Assembly: GCA_003971905.1 (NCBI GenBank)
Contig: RSEE01000029.1
Span: forward strand, 1-64,000
Origin: Moniliella sp. 'wahieum'
Lineage: Eukaryota
Direction: 5' to 3'
DNA: 64,000 nt
Below, in pieces: positions 49,705 to 61,760 of the stretch. Position numbers and translations under genes: made by a program. How positions within the stretch are numbered: the first letter of the stretch is position 1; each line of letters opens with the position of its first letter. The notes under the pieces are model-generated. The model was not told the origin of the DNA and searched no databases. It was given only the letters and a program-made list of their open reading frames with translations.

Positions 49705-52700
49705 TCAATGCACCTCGTACTGGCCAAAGATATGTTCGACGTCGGGCCATTCAGCTGGGTGGCCCTCGACGTGCTGTTGACCGACGAGGGTGCGCGTAGT
49801 CCATAGGCAGGGAGGCGATCCTGTTGGAGCGGGCCCAGACGTGTCGCGGAATCGGGGCGATGGTTTTGCGGAACCAGCGTGGGCGGTGCGGGGCAAGGTA
49901 CCTTCTTCGCGGCGCTTACGCGTTGCGCGCTGCACTTCCTCCAGACCCATCTTGAGCGCGTTGGCTTGGTCAATGCGCCCTGTTCGAACGCGCGTAGGTC
50001 CGGACGTAGTCGCAGTCGGTCGGGGGGAGGAAAGCGCGCAGCCCCGATGGAAGGTCGTTGAGCGTCACCCCCGAACGGAGTCAAGTTGAATGGCATGGGA
50101 GGTTTCACCGAGTTCTTCCATAACACCACACCTTCCCGTCCGCCCAATGGCGTCAGCACCAGTTTCGAGTCCCACCGACCTACAATCTCCCCTGCCGTCT
50201 TCCTCCCCGTTTGGCGCATACACCCGTGCCTGAGATCCCGTATGCGTCCTTGGCCCGCCAGCCGCGCGGGTGGAAAGTCAGCACGCACGTCTCCCCACTC
50301 CGCTGGTTGGTCACTTTCATCTCGCCATAATGGTCAATGGTAGGAGAGCCATAGAGGAAGCCCGAAACGGACGTTGTGACCTTGTTCCAGGTATAGTGTT
50401 CCCACACCATGTCCTCTTGATCCTCTTTCTTCTCCGGGCCCTCCTTCGCCTCCGCCTTGTCGTCCGGTCCCTTGGATGGCTCCCCGACCCAGGCCCGAGG
50501 AACTTTGAGGTTGGCATGCGCGACGCCCGTCGGGCGGATTTCAAAGGTGCGTCCGAGGAATTTGGACTTGGCATCGACGCAGCCAAAGTACTCCCAGCCT
50601 GCGCTCTCGGCAAAGCAGGCCGAGATGGGCGGGTGGTGCGAGACTTGTTCGCTCAAGTACCGATACTCCTTTTGGAGCGAAACGTACTCAAACGTTTCTC
50701 CCAGCAGCGGGTTGAACGGTTTGGCGATCCGACCAATGGTGGACGAGTAGTTGGACATGGCAAACGCAGCTACATAGGCAATCCGCTTGACCGCGTCGGC
50801 GGACTTGGAAGCGGCATCGAGGCATTCGCTGAACTCCATGTCTTCGGCCATACGCTGTAGCATCGAGGTAGGCTCGTTAAAGGAGACGGGGAACGAGATC
50901 TTGGTCAAGTCCTTGCCAATGTTGTTCTTTAGTACCGCCCAACGACACCGACGGGCGAACATCGTTCCCAATCGGCAATGTGCTTCGTAGGTGCTCGTAG
51001 GGCGCAATCCCCATCTCCTTGGCATGCACGTCGAGCGATTTCCGTCCGACCTGCGGCGGCTCGATCAACTCTTTCTCTTCTTGCGCATGTTCCAGCCCGC
51101 GCTCCACCGCATCGTAAAACTCATCGTCCGAGTCATGCAGCTGTTGGAGCTGTTTGGCTTGGTCCTCGTACTGTCCTGCCAAGGTACGCAAGTTTTCTTC
51201 CCACAGTAACTTGGCCGCAATCTCCGACCGGTACCGACGCTCCAAAAACGCTTCCCTTCGCTCCACCACCGAGCCCAGCTGGGCCAGAATATCAATCGCC
51301 ACACTCAGATCGGCGTGCATCGCTTTCTTCTCTTCGTCGGTGGGCACGTGGTTGAGCAGCGCCTCACTCAACTCCTTGGCCAACTCGAGACGCGTGGTCA
51401 AGGCATTGGAAAGAAGTGTGTATTCCCCCTCGGGATTGTCGGGGCCAGCGAAGCGGAATCCTCTAGCTCCACCGACACCTCATCGCCCTCGCCCTCGCCA
51501 TCCCCCTCGCCCTCACCCTCACCCTCGCCGTAGCCATAGCCTGCACCTGCGCCTGCGCCTGCGCCAGAGGGCGCGGGACTAGGAGCCCGCTCTTTTCTCC
51601 GGAACGACTTGACCACCCTTCCCAAGCGAGAGGGGGCCATGGACACCGATCCCAAATCGGTTTCGGACTTGTGCTCCTCGAGCCCCCCGAGTGCACTCGG
51701 GTCGTTCTCGAGAAAAGTTTGGGTTTGGTGCAGGAGCTGAACCCAGCGTGCTCGTTCGGCCGGATGGGCGGCACGCAGGAAGAGTTTGCCGCGCTTGGAA
51801 GGGTCAGAGATAATCTCGAACCGGAGATTGTCCGTTGGATCGGCTTTGATCGTGGCGTACTTGAGATGCACCGAGCCGTGCACTTGGCGTCCTTCTTCGA
51901 GCGGGGAATGGTAGTAGGCACCACGCCCTGGTCCAGGACAAACCACCGGGGCTTGTACCGGCCAGCCATGTTGGTCCACTTGCCGAGCCAGCCCTTGTAG
52001 GACGGAATCTGCTGAATGCCGTCAATCAGATTGGAATCTTTGTTGCCCAGCTGGCGCAGCAACGCCTTCAGCCGCTCGTCCCGCGTCGCATCCATCACTT
52101 GCCGCCCGCGCGCATCGTTGGCAAACACGTTGCGCCCCGCGACGCAGCAAGCTCAATCATGCTCGTGTCCTTGTACTGCACCGCCGTGTGCAGCAGCGTC
52201 ATCCCCGAAGCCGACTGGGCATTGAGGTCCAGCACGCGGTAGCGCGGCAGGAGGAAAGGACCGGACGGCCTCGCTGGCGTGCGGATCGGCTTCGTACGCG
52301 GCCAAGGCGCGGAGGTAGCCACTGTTGAGCTCGGCGCGCGAGGCTGTACATGCGGATCAGCACGGGCACGTCGAGGAAGGCAAGTGGGAGGCGGGTGAAG
52401 GGCTGCATGCGAGGGACGTACCTTGGAACAGAGATGCGATGGCAGGCAAGGCGGCGAGCTCCATGGGCTCCTTGTTGTCATAGTTGCGCACCATGTCGTC
52501 TATGTCGTGCTGCTGGAGCAGCAGGCGCACCACCTCTTCGCGGCCACACTGGGAGGCGAGTGGAGCGGGGTGTTGCCATGCTGGACCTCTCGGGCATTGA
52601 GGTCGAGCTGGCCGGGGCCGAGGGCGTGGAGGAGAAGGTAGGCAATGGTGCTCTGCTCGGCGCAGCGCATGGCGAGGTGGAGGGGCGAGGTGAGCTCGAG

Positions 52701-52862
52701 GACGGGCTGGGTGGGGACGAAGAAGGGCTGGAGGCCGTGGCCGGTGCGGAGGGCGTCGAGGAGCTTGAACGAGGTCAGCGTCTCGCTCACGCGCTGGCCG
52801 GACTGGGCCTCGGGCGGGGGGGCGGGGGGGGCGGCGGGCGCGGGCAGGGCGAGGCTGGCCAT
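49705..52862 (-). CDS. Oxysterol-binding protein-related protein, long form (ankyrin-PH-FFAT-ORD; Osh1/Osh2-like)
   Basis: Ankyrin motifs (SPLHLA, GNTPLH, GMTLLHTAV), PH domain (YKGWLGKWTNMAGRYKPRWFVL), FFAT (DDEFYDAVE) and ORD (IGKDLTKISFPVSFNEPTSMLQR, KPFNPLLGETFE, EQVSHHPP, PFNLTPF). Confidence 0.96.
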
Positions 52863-53101
52863 GCTGCCCGAGGCAGAGACGGAGGGGGGCGGGAGGCGGT
52901 GGGGCTGGTGGAGGGGGAGGCGGCGGTGGTGGGTGGTGATGGTGGTGGTGGTGGTGGTGTCGGGGGGCGTGGTGAGGCTGGTGGTGGTGCGGCCAGAGAC
53001 GTTGCGCCGCAGACGAGTGGCCATCGTGCAGGCAGGCGGCCGGTGGAGAGAGGGCGACGGGGGTGGATGCGCAATCGGGAGGGGCACGGAGCCGGTGGGC
53101 G

Positions 53102-53142
53102 CACGTGACCCCGGCCCGGCGCAGGCGGGGCTGACGTCAGCC
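53102..53142. promoter_or_regulatory. E-box (CACGTG) and 14-bp palindrome with a CRE/ATF core in the OSH-SFK1 divergent intergenic region
   Basis: CACGTG at 53102-53107 and GGCTGACGTCAGCC at 53129-53142. Function is inferred only. Confidence 0.35.
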
Positions 53143-53677
53143 GTCAGTACTCCGTTTGCCCATTCCGCCCGGTGCTTCCGCGCGCGGCGGGGCGGCGTGA
53201 ATGCAAGGTTAGGCTTCGTGTGTCGTGTGGGGCGCAGGCATGACATCATCCACCTGCGCGGGGCAGCGGCGCGGGGCACTCAGCGGGCGGAACCAGGCGG
53301 AAAGAGGCGCACTGCAGCCAACCCTACGACACGCCGGCCAAACGCAATGCGCAGGCCAGCACCGCGCCAGTGCCCCTGCGCTCCGATCCGCGGGCGGTGT
53401 GCCGCCCCGCACCGGGCCGCCTCGGCCACGCGCTGGGGGCAGCCCGCCTGCCACTGGCGCCGTGCCTGGGCCCAGACGAACTGGCGCAGTGCCCGGGGGG
53501 ATTTCCCCTCCTCTCACGCGTCGCGCGCTGAGCTCACCCGCACGCTAACCCTCTCTGCGGGTGTCTCGGCCGCCGCACCAAACAGCTTCTCCCCGCCTCC
53601 CCGCCCCGCTCCCCGCCGCCCCCCCAATCCTCTCGATCTACACCACCACCGCCACCACCACCACCACCACCACCACA

Positions 53678-55662
53678 ATGCGCTTCCGCGCGTGGTACTG
53701 GCTCGCGCCCCTCGGCGCCGCCCTCTCCTGGACCATCTGCCTCATCGGCTGCGCCGCCCTCTGGGCCGCCACGGGCAAGGACCACTACGTCGCTCCTCCA
53801 TCATCGGCGGCCAGGTCCAAAAGAAATATGCGTCCTCCGTCTTTATCTCCGACATTGGGTATGTCCCGTCTCTGTGTCTCTCTGTTCTCTCTGTTTTCTG
53901 TCTTTCTGTCTCCTCCTCCGTATCCTGACCCCCCCCATCCCCCCCAGCGCCGAGCACCAGCACTTCTTCATCGCCTTCTGCGTCCTGACCGCCATCGGCT
54001 ACATCACCACCGTCCTGCTCGAGCGCTACCTGCGCCACCAGCGCTACATCCCCGGCAGTCTGCGCAAGCGCACCACCATCCTCGATATGTGCTCCCTTGT
54101 CGCCGCCATCGCCGGCTCCTTTGTCTCTCGTCCTCCTCAGCATCTTCAACACCTTTAAGCACGGCTCCTTCCACTGGAGCATGACTGCCCTCTTTCTTGC
54201 TGGTGCGCTGGTCTCGGTGCTGTTCCAGACGCTGGTGTTGTACGACCTGGCCAATGCCCATTCCGCCTGGAGCGGCTCCTTCAAGCAGCTCCTCTGGCCT
54301 GCCACCATCAAACTCATGATCCTCATTGTCGCCATTGGCGTCGCGATCGCCTTTGGCTGTCTCTACCTCTCCTGCAGCAACTTTAAGTACTGGGCCAACG
54401 TGCCGCAGTGCCAGCGCCACATTGCTGCTGCGGCCGGGTGCGAGTGGACGATCGCGTTCCTGCTGGTGCCGTACCTTGCGCTGTACATCTACGACTTTTG
54501 GCCGGCGAAGCACGACCTGGGTGCGGCCGGGTTCCCGACCACCAAGCGTCCAGCCGGCGTCAAGGCGAGCAAATCGTTTGGCGAGCCCTTCTTTAAGGAG
54601 ACGGAGTACTACTCGACCCAGCAGGCCGGCGAGTACGGGTACGACATGGCCCACCCGTCCTATGCGGCGGCCAGTGCGGCGGCGCAATTGACCGAGCACC
54701 CGTACGACGATGGCTATGTGGGACCGTGGCGCAGCACGACGGCCCTACCAGCCCGGCTTGGCGTCAGCGACGACCACCACCACCTTGGTCTCGGATGCGC
54801 GGAGGAAAAAGTACACGGACGATCCGTATGGCGAAAAGAAGACGCGCGATTTACTCGTGCCGTACGATTCCAATAAAGAAGCCAAGTCCTCCTCGCGCTC
54901 TACCGAGGTTGCGTCCTACCGCAAGCCCGGGTCGGGCAAGCAAAGCGTCGACTACATTCTGGAACCGACGTTGTCCTATGGCGGTACCTACCCGGACCCA
55001 GGTACGGAGCACGGCTACACGGATTACTTGTCGGGCACCACGGCCGAGCACGCCCCAGCACCCTATGCAGACGGGCACGACGACGCCTACCTGTCCTCGA
55101 GCCAGGCGACAGAGACGTATGCCGGCGTTGGCACCTACGCCGCCCAAGCCGCTTCCACATACCCGTACCAACCAAGGGACCGGTACACGGATACCTACTA
55201 TGAGTACCAACCGCCCTCGGCGACCGACGAGCGCTTGTCCCGCCGGGACCGCGAGCGCGACAGGAGGATCCCACCCGACTCGCGCGACGCTCGCAGTCAC
55301 ATCGGCACCGCGATGCACGGCGAGAGCGACAAGAGTCGGATGCGCGTCGGGATGCGCGGAGAGATGCGAAGCGAGACGCGCGGCGCCAAGCGCAAAAGGA
55401 TGCGCAACGCGATGCCCAAAGGGACGCGCAGCGGGCAGCTCAACGCGATGCCCAACGGGAAGCTCAGTGGGAAGCTCAGCGGGAAGCTCAACGGGAAGCT
55501 CAATGGGATGCCCAACGGGAATGGGACCGTGCGCGTACGCGTTCTTCGCGTCGTGCCGAGCGGGAGCGCGAGCGCGAGCGTGGGTCGGACCGCCGGACTG
55601 CCCGTACCGGTGCCAGTTCCGCACGCGACGATCGTGGCAGGTCGGACGCTTGGGAGTACTAG
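53678..55662 (+). CDS. Frag1/DRAM/Sfk1 family membrane protein with long cytoplasmic tail
   Basis: FISDIG|A (intron 53859-53947), ERYLRH, LVLLSIFNTFKHGSFHW and AAGCEWTIAF match Sfk1-family motifs. The Tyr-rich then Arg/Glu/Asp-rich tail ends GRSDAWEY*. Confidence 0.85.
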
Positions 55663-55963
55663 GTTAGCAGGACGGACGGACGGACGAGATTGTGTACTGG
55701 ACTTGTCTGCGCATAGGCTAGGTGGCTTTGGACTCCCCTTCCCTCCCTCCTTCCTTCCCTCTCTGCCTCTCTCCCTCCCTGTCTCCCCCCCTATTTCTCT
55801 TCCACCCTTTCCCCTTCCCCTGCACTTCCCCACCTGCCTCCTTTTCTTCTGCCCTGCTCTCTTGCCGTTGAACGTTGGTCCTGCCTTTTACCTTTACCTT
55901 TACCTTTGCCTTGCGTTTTCCTTGGCCTTGGCCTTAGTCTTGGCCTTGGCCCTGCTCGCGCCC

Positions 55964-56020
55964 GTTGCTCGTTGCTCGTTGCTCGTTGCTCGTTGCTCGT
56001 TGCTCGTTGCTCGTTGCTCG
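55964..56020. repeat. (GTTGCTC)8 heptamer microsatellite
   Basis: Read directly from the sequence. Confidence 0.95.
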
Positions 56021-56457
56021 TATCGCGCGTGCTATCGTCCTAGTTGTGTCCTACCCACTCGGTGCCACGCCATTGCACGTTGTCTTGTATCCACGTAGCA
56101 GTGGAATGTCGTGTAACGTAGTGGAGTGGAGTGGAGTGGAATGTAGTGGTGTAGTGTACCCACGTGGGCCGACGGACGACATAACCCGCTTCCGGCCGAG
56201 GGGGTCCAACCGGCCTCAACAAAAAAAAAAAATAGGTGCTGGGCCGTCGCAGCTATAGATGCTAGTTAGTTCGTTGGATTCAGTGTCCACGGTCACGCAT
56301 GAAGCATCGCATGACGCGCGCCACTCGTCGAGGCAGCAGACACAAACACATGCCATACGCGGTGTGGTAAACAAACACCAGGTCCAGACGCGTCTCGTCT
56401 TGGCACCTCTCACCCTCGGTTCCGGCTGAACACTTGCGATGGTCTGGTCACTCGTCT

Positions 56458-56551
56458 GGTTCCATATTGTAGTTGGTTAGCAAGTAGGATTCTGATACCT
56501 GATTGCTGGTCTCGGCTTCCTGAAACCTGGGTTCGAATCCCAGTGGGACCT
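56458..56551 (+). tRNA. tRNA-Gln(CUG) with 21-nt intron (56496-56516)
   Basis: Acceptor GGTTCCA/TGGGACC, D stem TTGT/GCAA, anticodon arm TAGGA-TT-CTG-A[intron]T-TCCTG, T arm CTGGG-TTCGAAT-CCCAG, then a T-run. Confidence 0.95.
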
Positions 56552-57334
56552 TTTGCTTTGGCTTTTGCTCTTGCTTCTCTTTTTCTGGCTTTTGGCTTTG
56601 GCTTCGGTGTGGCACAGTCGGGGCGAAGGCGAGGGAGACCCGAGTCGAGACTAGGTCAAGGGATGTAGCAATCGTTCGTGGGGAAGAAGCAGAACACAGA
56701 GGCATAGTGCGAAGTGGAAAAAACAAGGAAAGAGCGAGACGGACGCTCGAGACGAAGAGATTGGAAATGGGAGCGAGATCAGCCAAACCATGACATCTTT
56801 TTTTGGCTTTCAGTCCGTATGCCAACGAACAGAGGAGGACCTGAGTGCATGCCACATCGTGCAACGGTTTTTCTCCTGGTCAAATGGAGACATTTGTGCG
56901 CACGGAGAAGCACCCGTGTTCCTCCTTCCTTTCCGCCCCTCAAAGCTACCCCCCCAAAAGGGGAGAGGGGGGGGGGTTGGAAGGAAGTCGTTCCTGTTTC
57001 AGGCGTGAGAACTTGCTTAGTCAAAAGATGCGTGCCGTCACGGTGGGAAAGACAAGTCCGACGTATATAGGCCACGTGCGAGCTGCCTTATTTTTTGCGC
57101 GCACACTCTCCGCCCCGATTTCGTCCCCCTCTGGCTGGACCAGTGCCGCGCCCCTTCGCGGTCCTTTTGGCCGTCTTCTCTCCTTTCTCGCCAATGGACC
57201 AAACCAGGCACCGTGGGTCTCTCATTCGCTGCTCATCTCCCAGCACCCAACATACAGGTGTCCCAACTCCCGTTCCCACTCCCACTCTCAGTGCACAAGC
57301 GTCAAGTCAAGTCAGCTTTTCTCTTCCTCCCATC

Positions 57335-57605
57335 AGCTCCAATTCAATCGCATCTCCTGGTCGTCTATTATTAGTCTTACAGTCCGGAGAGAGTTTGGCC
57401 TTCACTCCCCTCCCCCTCCCCTCCCGACGTCCCACGTCTCTTGCTCATCCCTTTCCTTTTGCTTCTGTTCTCTCTGTTCTCTGCCCGATGCCTTTTTTCC
57501 TTCCATGAACGATCTTTTGCCTTCCCCGCACCTCTGAAAAGACCTTGCTCTCCCTCGTTTAATCTCGACCCGACTGGTACCCGTGTCCGCACGGCTTCAC
57601 ATCGT
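57335..57605 (+). repeat. Dispersed repeat, copy 2 (copy 1 at ~48690-48890)
   Basis: Same blocks as copy 1, with an extra internal segment. Confidence 0.8.
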
Positions 57606-60583
57606 CACAACTGCGCAAAAGCCCGAGGTGCCTTATTGTACGCAGCACCATATACCGCCGAAAGATACGGTTGGAACGTTGCTTGGTTCTACTAGGTGTG
57701 TAGGTGGTGGGGCAGGTGGAGCCGGTGGCTGAGGGAGGTGTTGTGGCAGTGTCGCAGCCAGGGCAGCACCCACCGGGAAAGCGTCCCCTCTCAGATCTCA
57801 GTCCAAGAGGAGACAGCTAGCCCGAGGGAATCTCCATACCCAGCACAACTAGTAACCCATCATGCATCGTGCATCATGCTTCCTGCTTCATCCTCTTTTG
57901 CCTAAAGTACACAGACCAGGAACGCAGGAACCCACTACGCAATGCACCACACAGTTGGGCCAAACATAATAGAGAGCGAGTACAGTGAGTACTGTGCGTG
58001 CCGAGTTAGAGCGTCAGTCGAGTGCGATAGTCGATAGATGCAGCGGCAGGTTCTACCCACTGTCTGACATCTGACATTGGGGATCAGAGATCTGATAGCG
58101 CGTCGATCCGCAAGAAATACAAAGAAATCCAGAGCAGTCTAGTCAGCCACCGGCCAATTCGGCGTAACGCGTTAACGCGTAACGCGTAATTAGTAACAGG
58201 AGAGTGACTAACAGACTCCCACTGTATGCAGCGCCATTCTCGGCACCCATCGGCAGGGTATCGTTCGGCACCGCGAGACCAGGAACTGCAATGGTCTGCT
58301 GTAGCTGCATAGTATATCGCTGCTGGATTGAGATGCGTGGCCTTGGCAACCATGGAACAGGAACCAAGAAACTCTACGCCGCGGCTACGCCTCGCACATC
58401 TAACGTCTACCAGGCTCGCTCAATATTCAATGAAAGCCTGTGTTCGCAGGGCGCATGCAAGGAACGTACATACCGTACGTGGCTTAGGCTTGGCTGGCAG
58501 GGCCTACGGCCAGCCTGTGCCAGCCTGTGCCCGTGGGATGGATAAGTTTGGGTTTGGAAGTGCGGACGGTCGCAAACCCCGTAACGCGTAACGCATAAGG
58601 AAGAACATTGCGGGGGGGATGCTGAAACATTCATGTGCGAGCGAATTTCTTCGGAGGTTTCGCCAATAACCAACAGTTGCGAGTTGCGAGTGGCTGCGCT
58701 TGTGGTTGGAGAAGATCTGGGATCTCACAGATCTGAGATCTCGATCAAGGGTTTGCAGGTTCGGTCTTCAAGCTTCGAGCTTCGAGCTTCAAGCTTCCGT
58801 ATTCTGAGAGATCTGAGATCTGAAACCAGAAGGGCAAGGGACTGGCAGAGACACGCCGGGCAGCGGGTACCGGGCACCCGGCATGGAGCAGAGTGCTACG
58901 CCAAAGCCCGGCGCTGAAACTAGTGCCGAGGCCTGCCGAAGCGTGCCGAAGAAGCTGAAGACAGGGAAAACCCAGGCACACCCAGGCACCGACCGGTCTT
59001 TTGCACCACTTTTGCACATCAGCTTCTTTGCCGGTGGCCGGTGACATGCATGCCATGCATGACGCGCTCAGGACTGATTAACTGGTACAGACTCTTGATT
59101 CACGCGTCACGCGTCACGAGAATGAGAAGAGGCGTGTAGGATGGCTCAGATCTCAGAGCCAGAGTGGTCGGTGAAGCTTGAAGTGGGAGGCCATCACAAT
59201 CTGCCCTATGGGGGAGGCGAGGGTGCACGTGAGAGTGGGTGCTATAGTGCGCACAGTCACTTAACGTTTAACCAAGTAGCTAGTCTGATCGATGATCAGG
59301 TATCGATTATGGACTTTGCGTTTTAATAGTGGTATGCCACTGATGGTGCGCCTATTAGCACTGTGATTGATGATTCGGTGAGTATGATGAGAGTACTGTG
59401 AGTTGTGAGTTGTGAGCTGGAGGCCAAAGCGCTGAGCCAGGTAAGCCGGCGTAGCTACTAGCCAGTCGTGCGCGAAGCCATGTTGAATTTGTTGGCCCTC
59501 TTGAATGTGTGTGGAGCTTTGACAAGGTGCACGCACGGCCTGGGAGTTGACGGCATGGTCCGCTGCCACTGAACATTGAATATATTGAGGCCGAGGGCTG
59601 AAATGTTCAGGGCTGGGGCTCAGCACAGCGCCAGAGCACGCTGACTAGTAGTCTAGTCACTATCAGTGACTTCACGCTCCGCCTCGGAAGCCGCCTCCAC
59701 AGGAGACACGGATCCACATCAAGCTTCAAGCTTCCAGACCCACAGACCAACCCCTCGCCTCCACACGTTGTGGCCTGGGCAAGACAGAGCCACAGGGGGT
59801 GAAGAGCGACTCCCGCGGGCTGCTGCTCGTGAGTGGAGACACGTACGCAGTCGAGTGTGGATGGAGGAGGAGCTGAAGCATTCAGGACGTGCTAAGACAC
59901 GCCAAACGCCAAACGCCAAACGCCAAACGCAGCTGCGAAACGTTAATGAGCACCGAACCAGGAACCAAGAAGCAATAACCCCAGCGCTGCTCCTGTGCCA
60001 GGACAGACGCACCCGCCTGCACCAGGCCACTCTCCCTGGCGCCCGCGCCGAGCTCGTGGGCATACTGCCCCCGTCCTGCGTGTGGGCGTGAGAAATCATT
60101 AATCACAGGCGCTGAGCGCTGAGCCTCAGCACTGCGCCATGGGGGACGGGTGACGGGGGCGCCAGGGTGCGGTGCGGCGGCTGGCGGGGTGCGGTGGCCC
60201 GCGGTGGCTGAAAGCGGCCGGCACAGGCGCAGTGTCGGCGTTTTCAGGCACGCGGCTGTGTTCCTGGCGGGCGCTAGGCTCAGGCTGAGCTCAGGCTGAG
60301 CGGTGTCGGTGGACCGTCGACGGCGCACCGGGCCCCCGCTGGGGCGTACGTAGCGTACCTGGCTGCGTCCCAGCACGCAGGTGCGCTGTGCCTGGGCCCT
60401 GCGTTCCGTTCCTGCTGCCCAGCGCCCCTCCCTCCTCGGCCTCACCCGTCCGCTATTAGACCCGCCACCACACCACCACACACGCGCCGCCGCTGTGCCC
60501 GCCGCCGCCCCCCCGCCCCCCCCGCCGCCGCTCCCTCGCGCTTCCCCTCCTCCGCCCGCCGTCTGCCTCCGCCTCCCCTCGCC

Positions 60584-61760
60584 ATGTCCGTCGTCTGCGC
60601 TACCGAGGCGCAGGCATATGCCCAGCGAGTGCGCGCCCCCCGCTCCACTCGCAGGTACGGCTTGGCGCGACCTCACCGGCCCCAGCACCGACGGCGCCAG
60701 CGTCGTTGTCTACGCCCCTCCCAGGGCTTTGCCGACCGCTTCCCCGTCTACCCGGCACCAGCCCCGAGGTCCAGGGCCACGTCTCCTTTGATCCCCACGG
60801 CGTCGACGCTGTTCACATTGCCGTACGTCGCTCTCCTGCTCCCACGCGGGAGCATGGGTAGCCCTTGCCTGGGCACGCCCCTGCCTCTGCCCCTGCCTCT
60901 GCCCTGCGCAGTATCTCATCCTGACCCGTTCTTGCCCCTTCCTCCCAGATTACCGCCTGGGCCTCCACCGCCCAAGGCCGCACCCTTGTCTTTTCTGCCG
61001 AGGAGACGTACACGTCGCATGAGTTTATCCCCTGGACGGAGCGGGAGATGGACCTGTTACCTCCGAAAGCGCCACGGCGCGTGGTGGATGTGCCCTTTTC
61101 CGTGCCTTTCCCGCGGGGCGTGGTGGCCAACACGCGCGGGGCGAGGTGATGCTAGCGCCCTTACCTCCGTCGTATGAGGTTCCGCCGCGGGCGCAAGAGC
61201 CGAGCGCCCCAAGGCGTGTGGTATGTGCTTTCCATCTCTTCGCCCCAAGCGCACGTGGAAGTGCCGCTCATTTTCCAAGGTGAGGAGGGCACTTCGCCTC
61301 CCCCTCCTTTTCTCTCCCTTTACTTCCTCCCGTGCCACCAGCCGGATGGTCAATGTACCGTGGCAAGCCCCGCTTTGCGCGGGGACACGTTACCCTGCAC
61401 TTGCCCACCACTGCCCTGCGCTGTGGCACGCGCTTGCCCTTTCTGCTGTCGCACGAAAAGGCGTGCGTGACGTTGGTGCAGGTGGAGCAGGTGGGCAGCC
61501 ACCTGTTCCGCGCCAGACCGTCCTCTCCCTTGCTGAATCCTCCAAGGGCGGAGGCTACCTCCCCATCCCCTTTCTGTACCCAGTTTCCGCTGCGGCGCAG
61601 TCACCGTGCAATATGCCATCAAGGTGGACTTGGTGCGCGGCCGACGACCCAGCCCGCCCTCGTCGGCCGGCTCGGGCAGCTCGGCAGAAAGCGTATTAGC
61701 TCCTTGGAAATTGGATCGCTCGCTCGGCTTGGTTTGGGTCGATTGCTCCTCGAGTTGTGA
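60584..61760 (+). CDS. Hypothetical protein, possibly arrestin-like fold
   Basis: Intron 60823-60948 (GTACGT..CTGAC..CAG). Beta-strand-like segments VQGHVSFD, VDVPFSVPFP, LPPSYEV and VWYVLSI follow the arrestin-N 'PF.F..P..LPPS' pattern. Frameshifted. Confidence 0.45.

Noticed and set aside
48851..49806. Long ORFs in all frames (poly-F/L/S or E/R/K/G)
   Set aside because: These are translations of the stop-free polypyrimidine microsatellite and overlap a tRNA.
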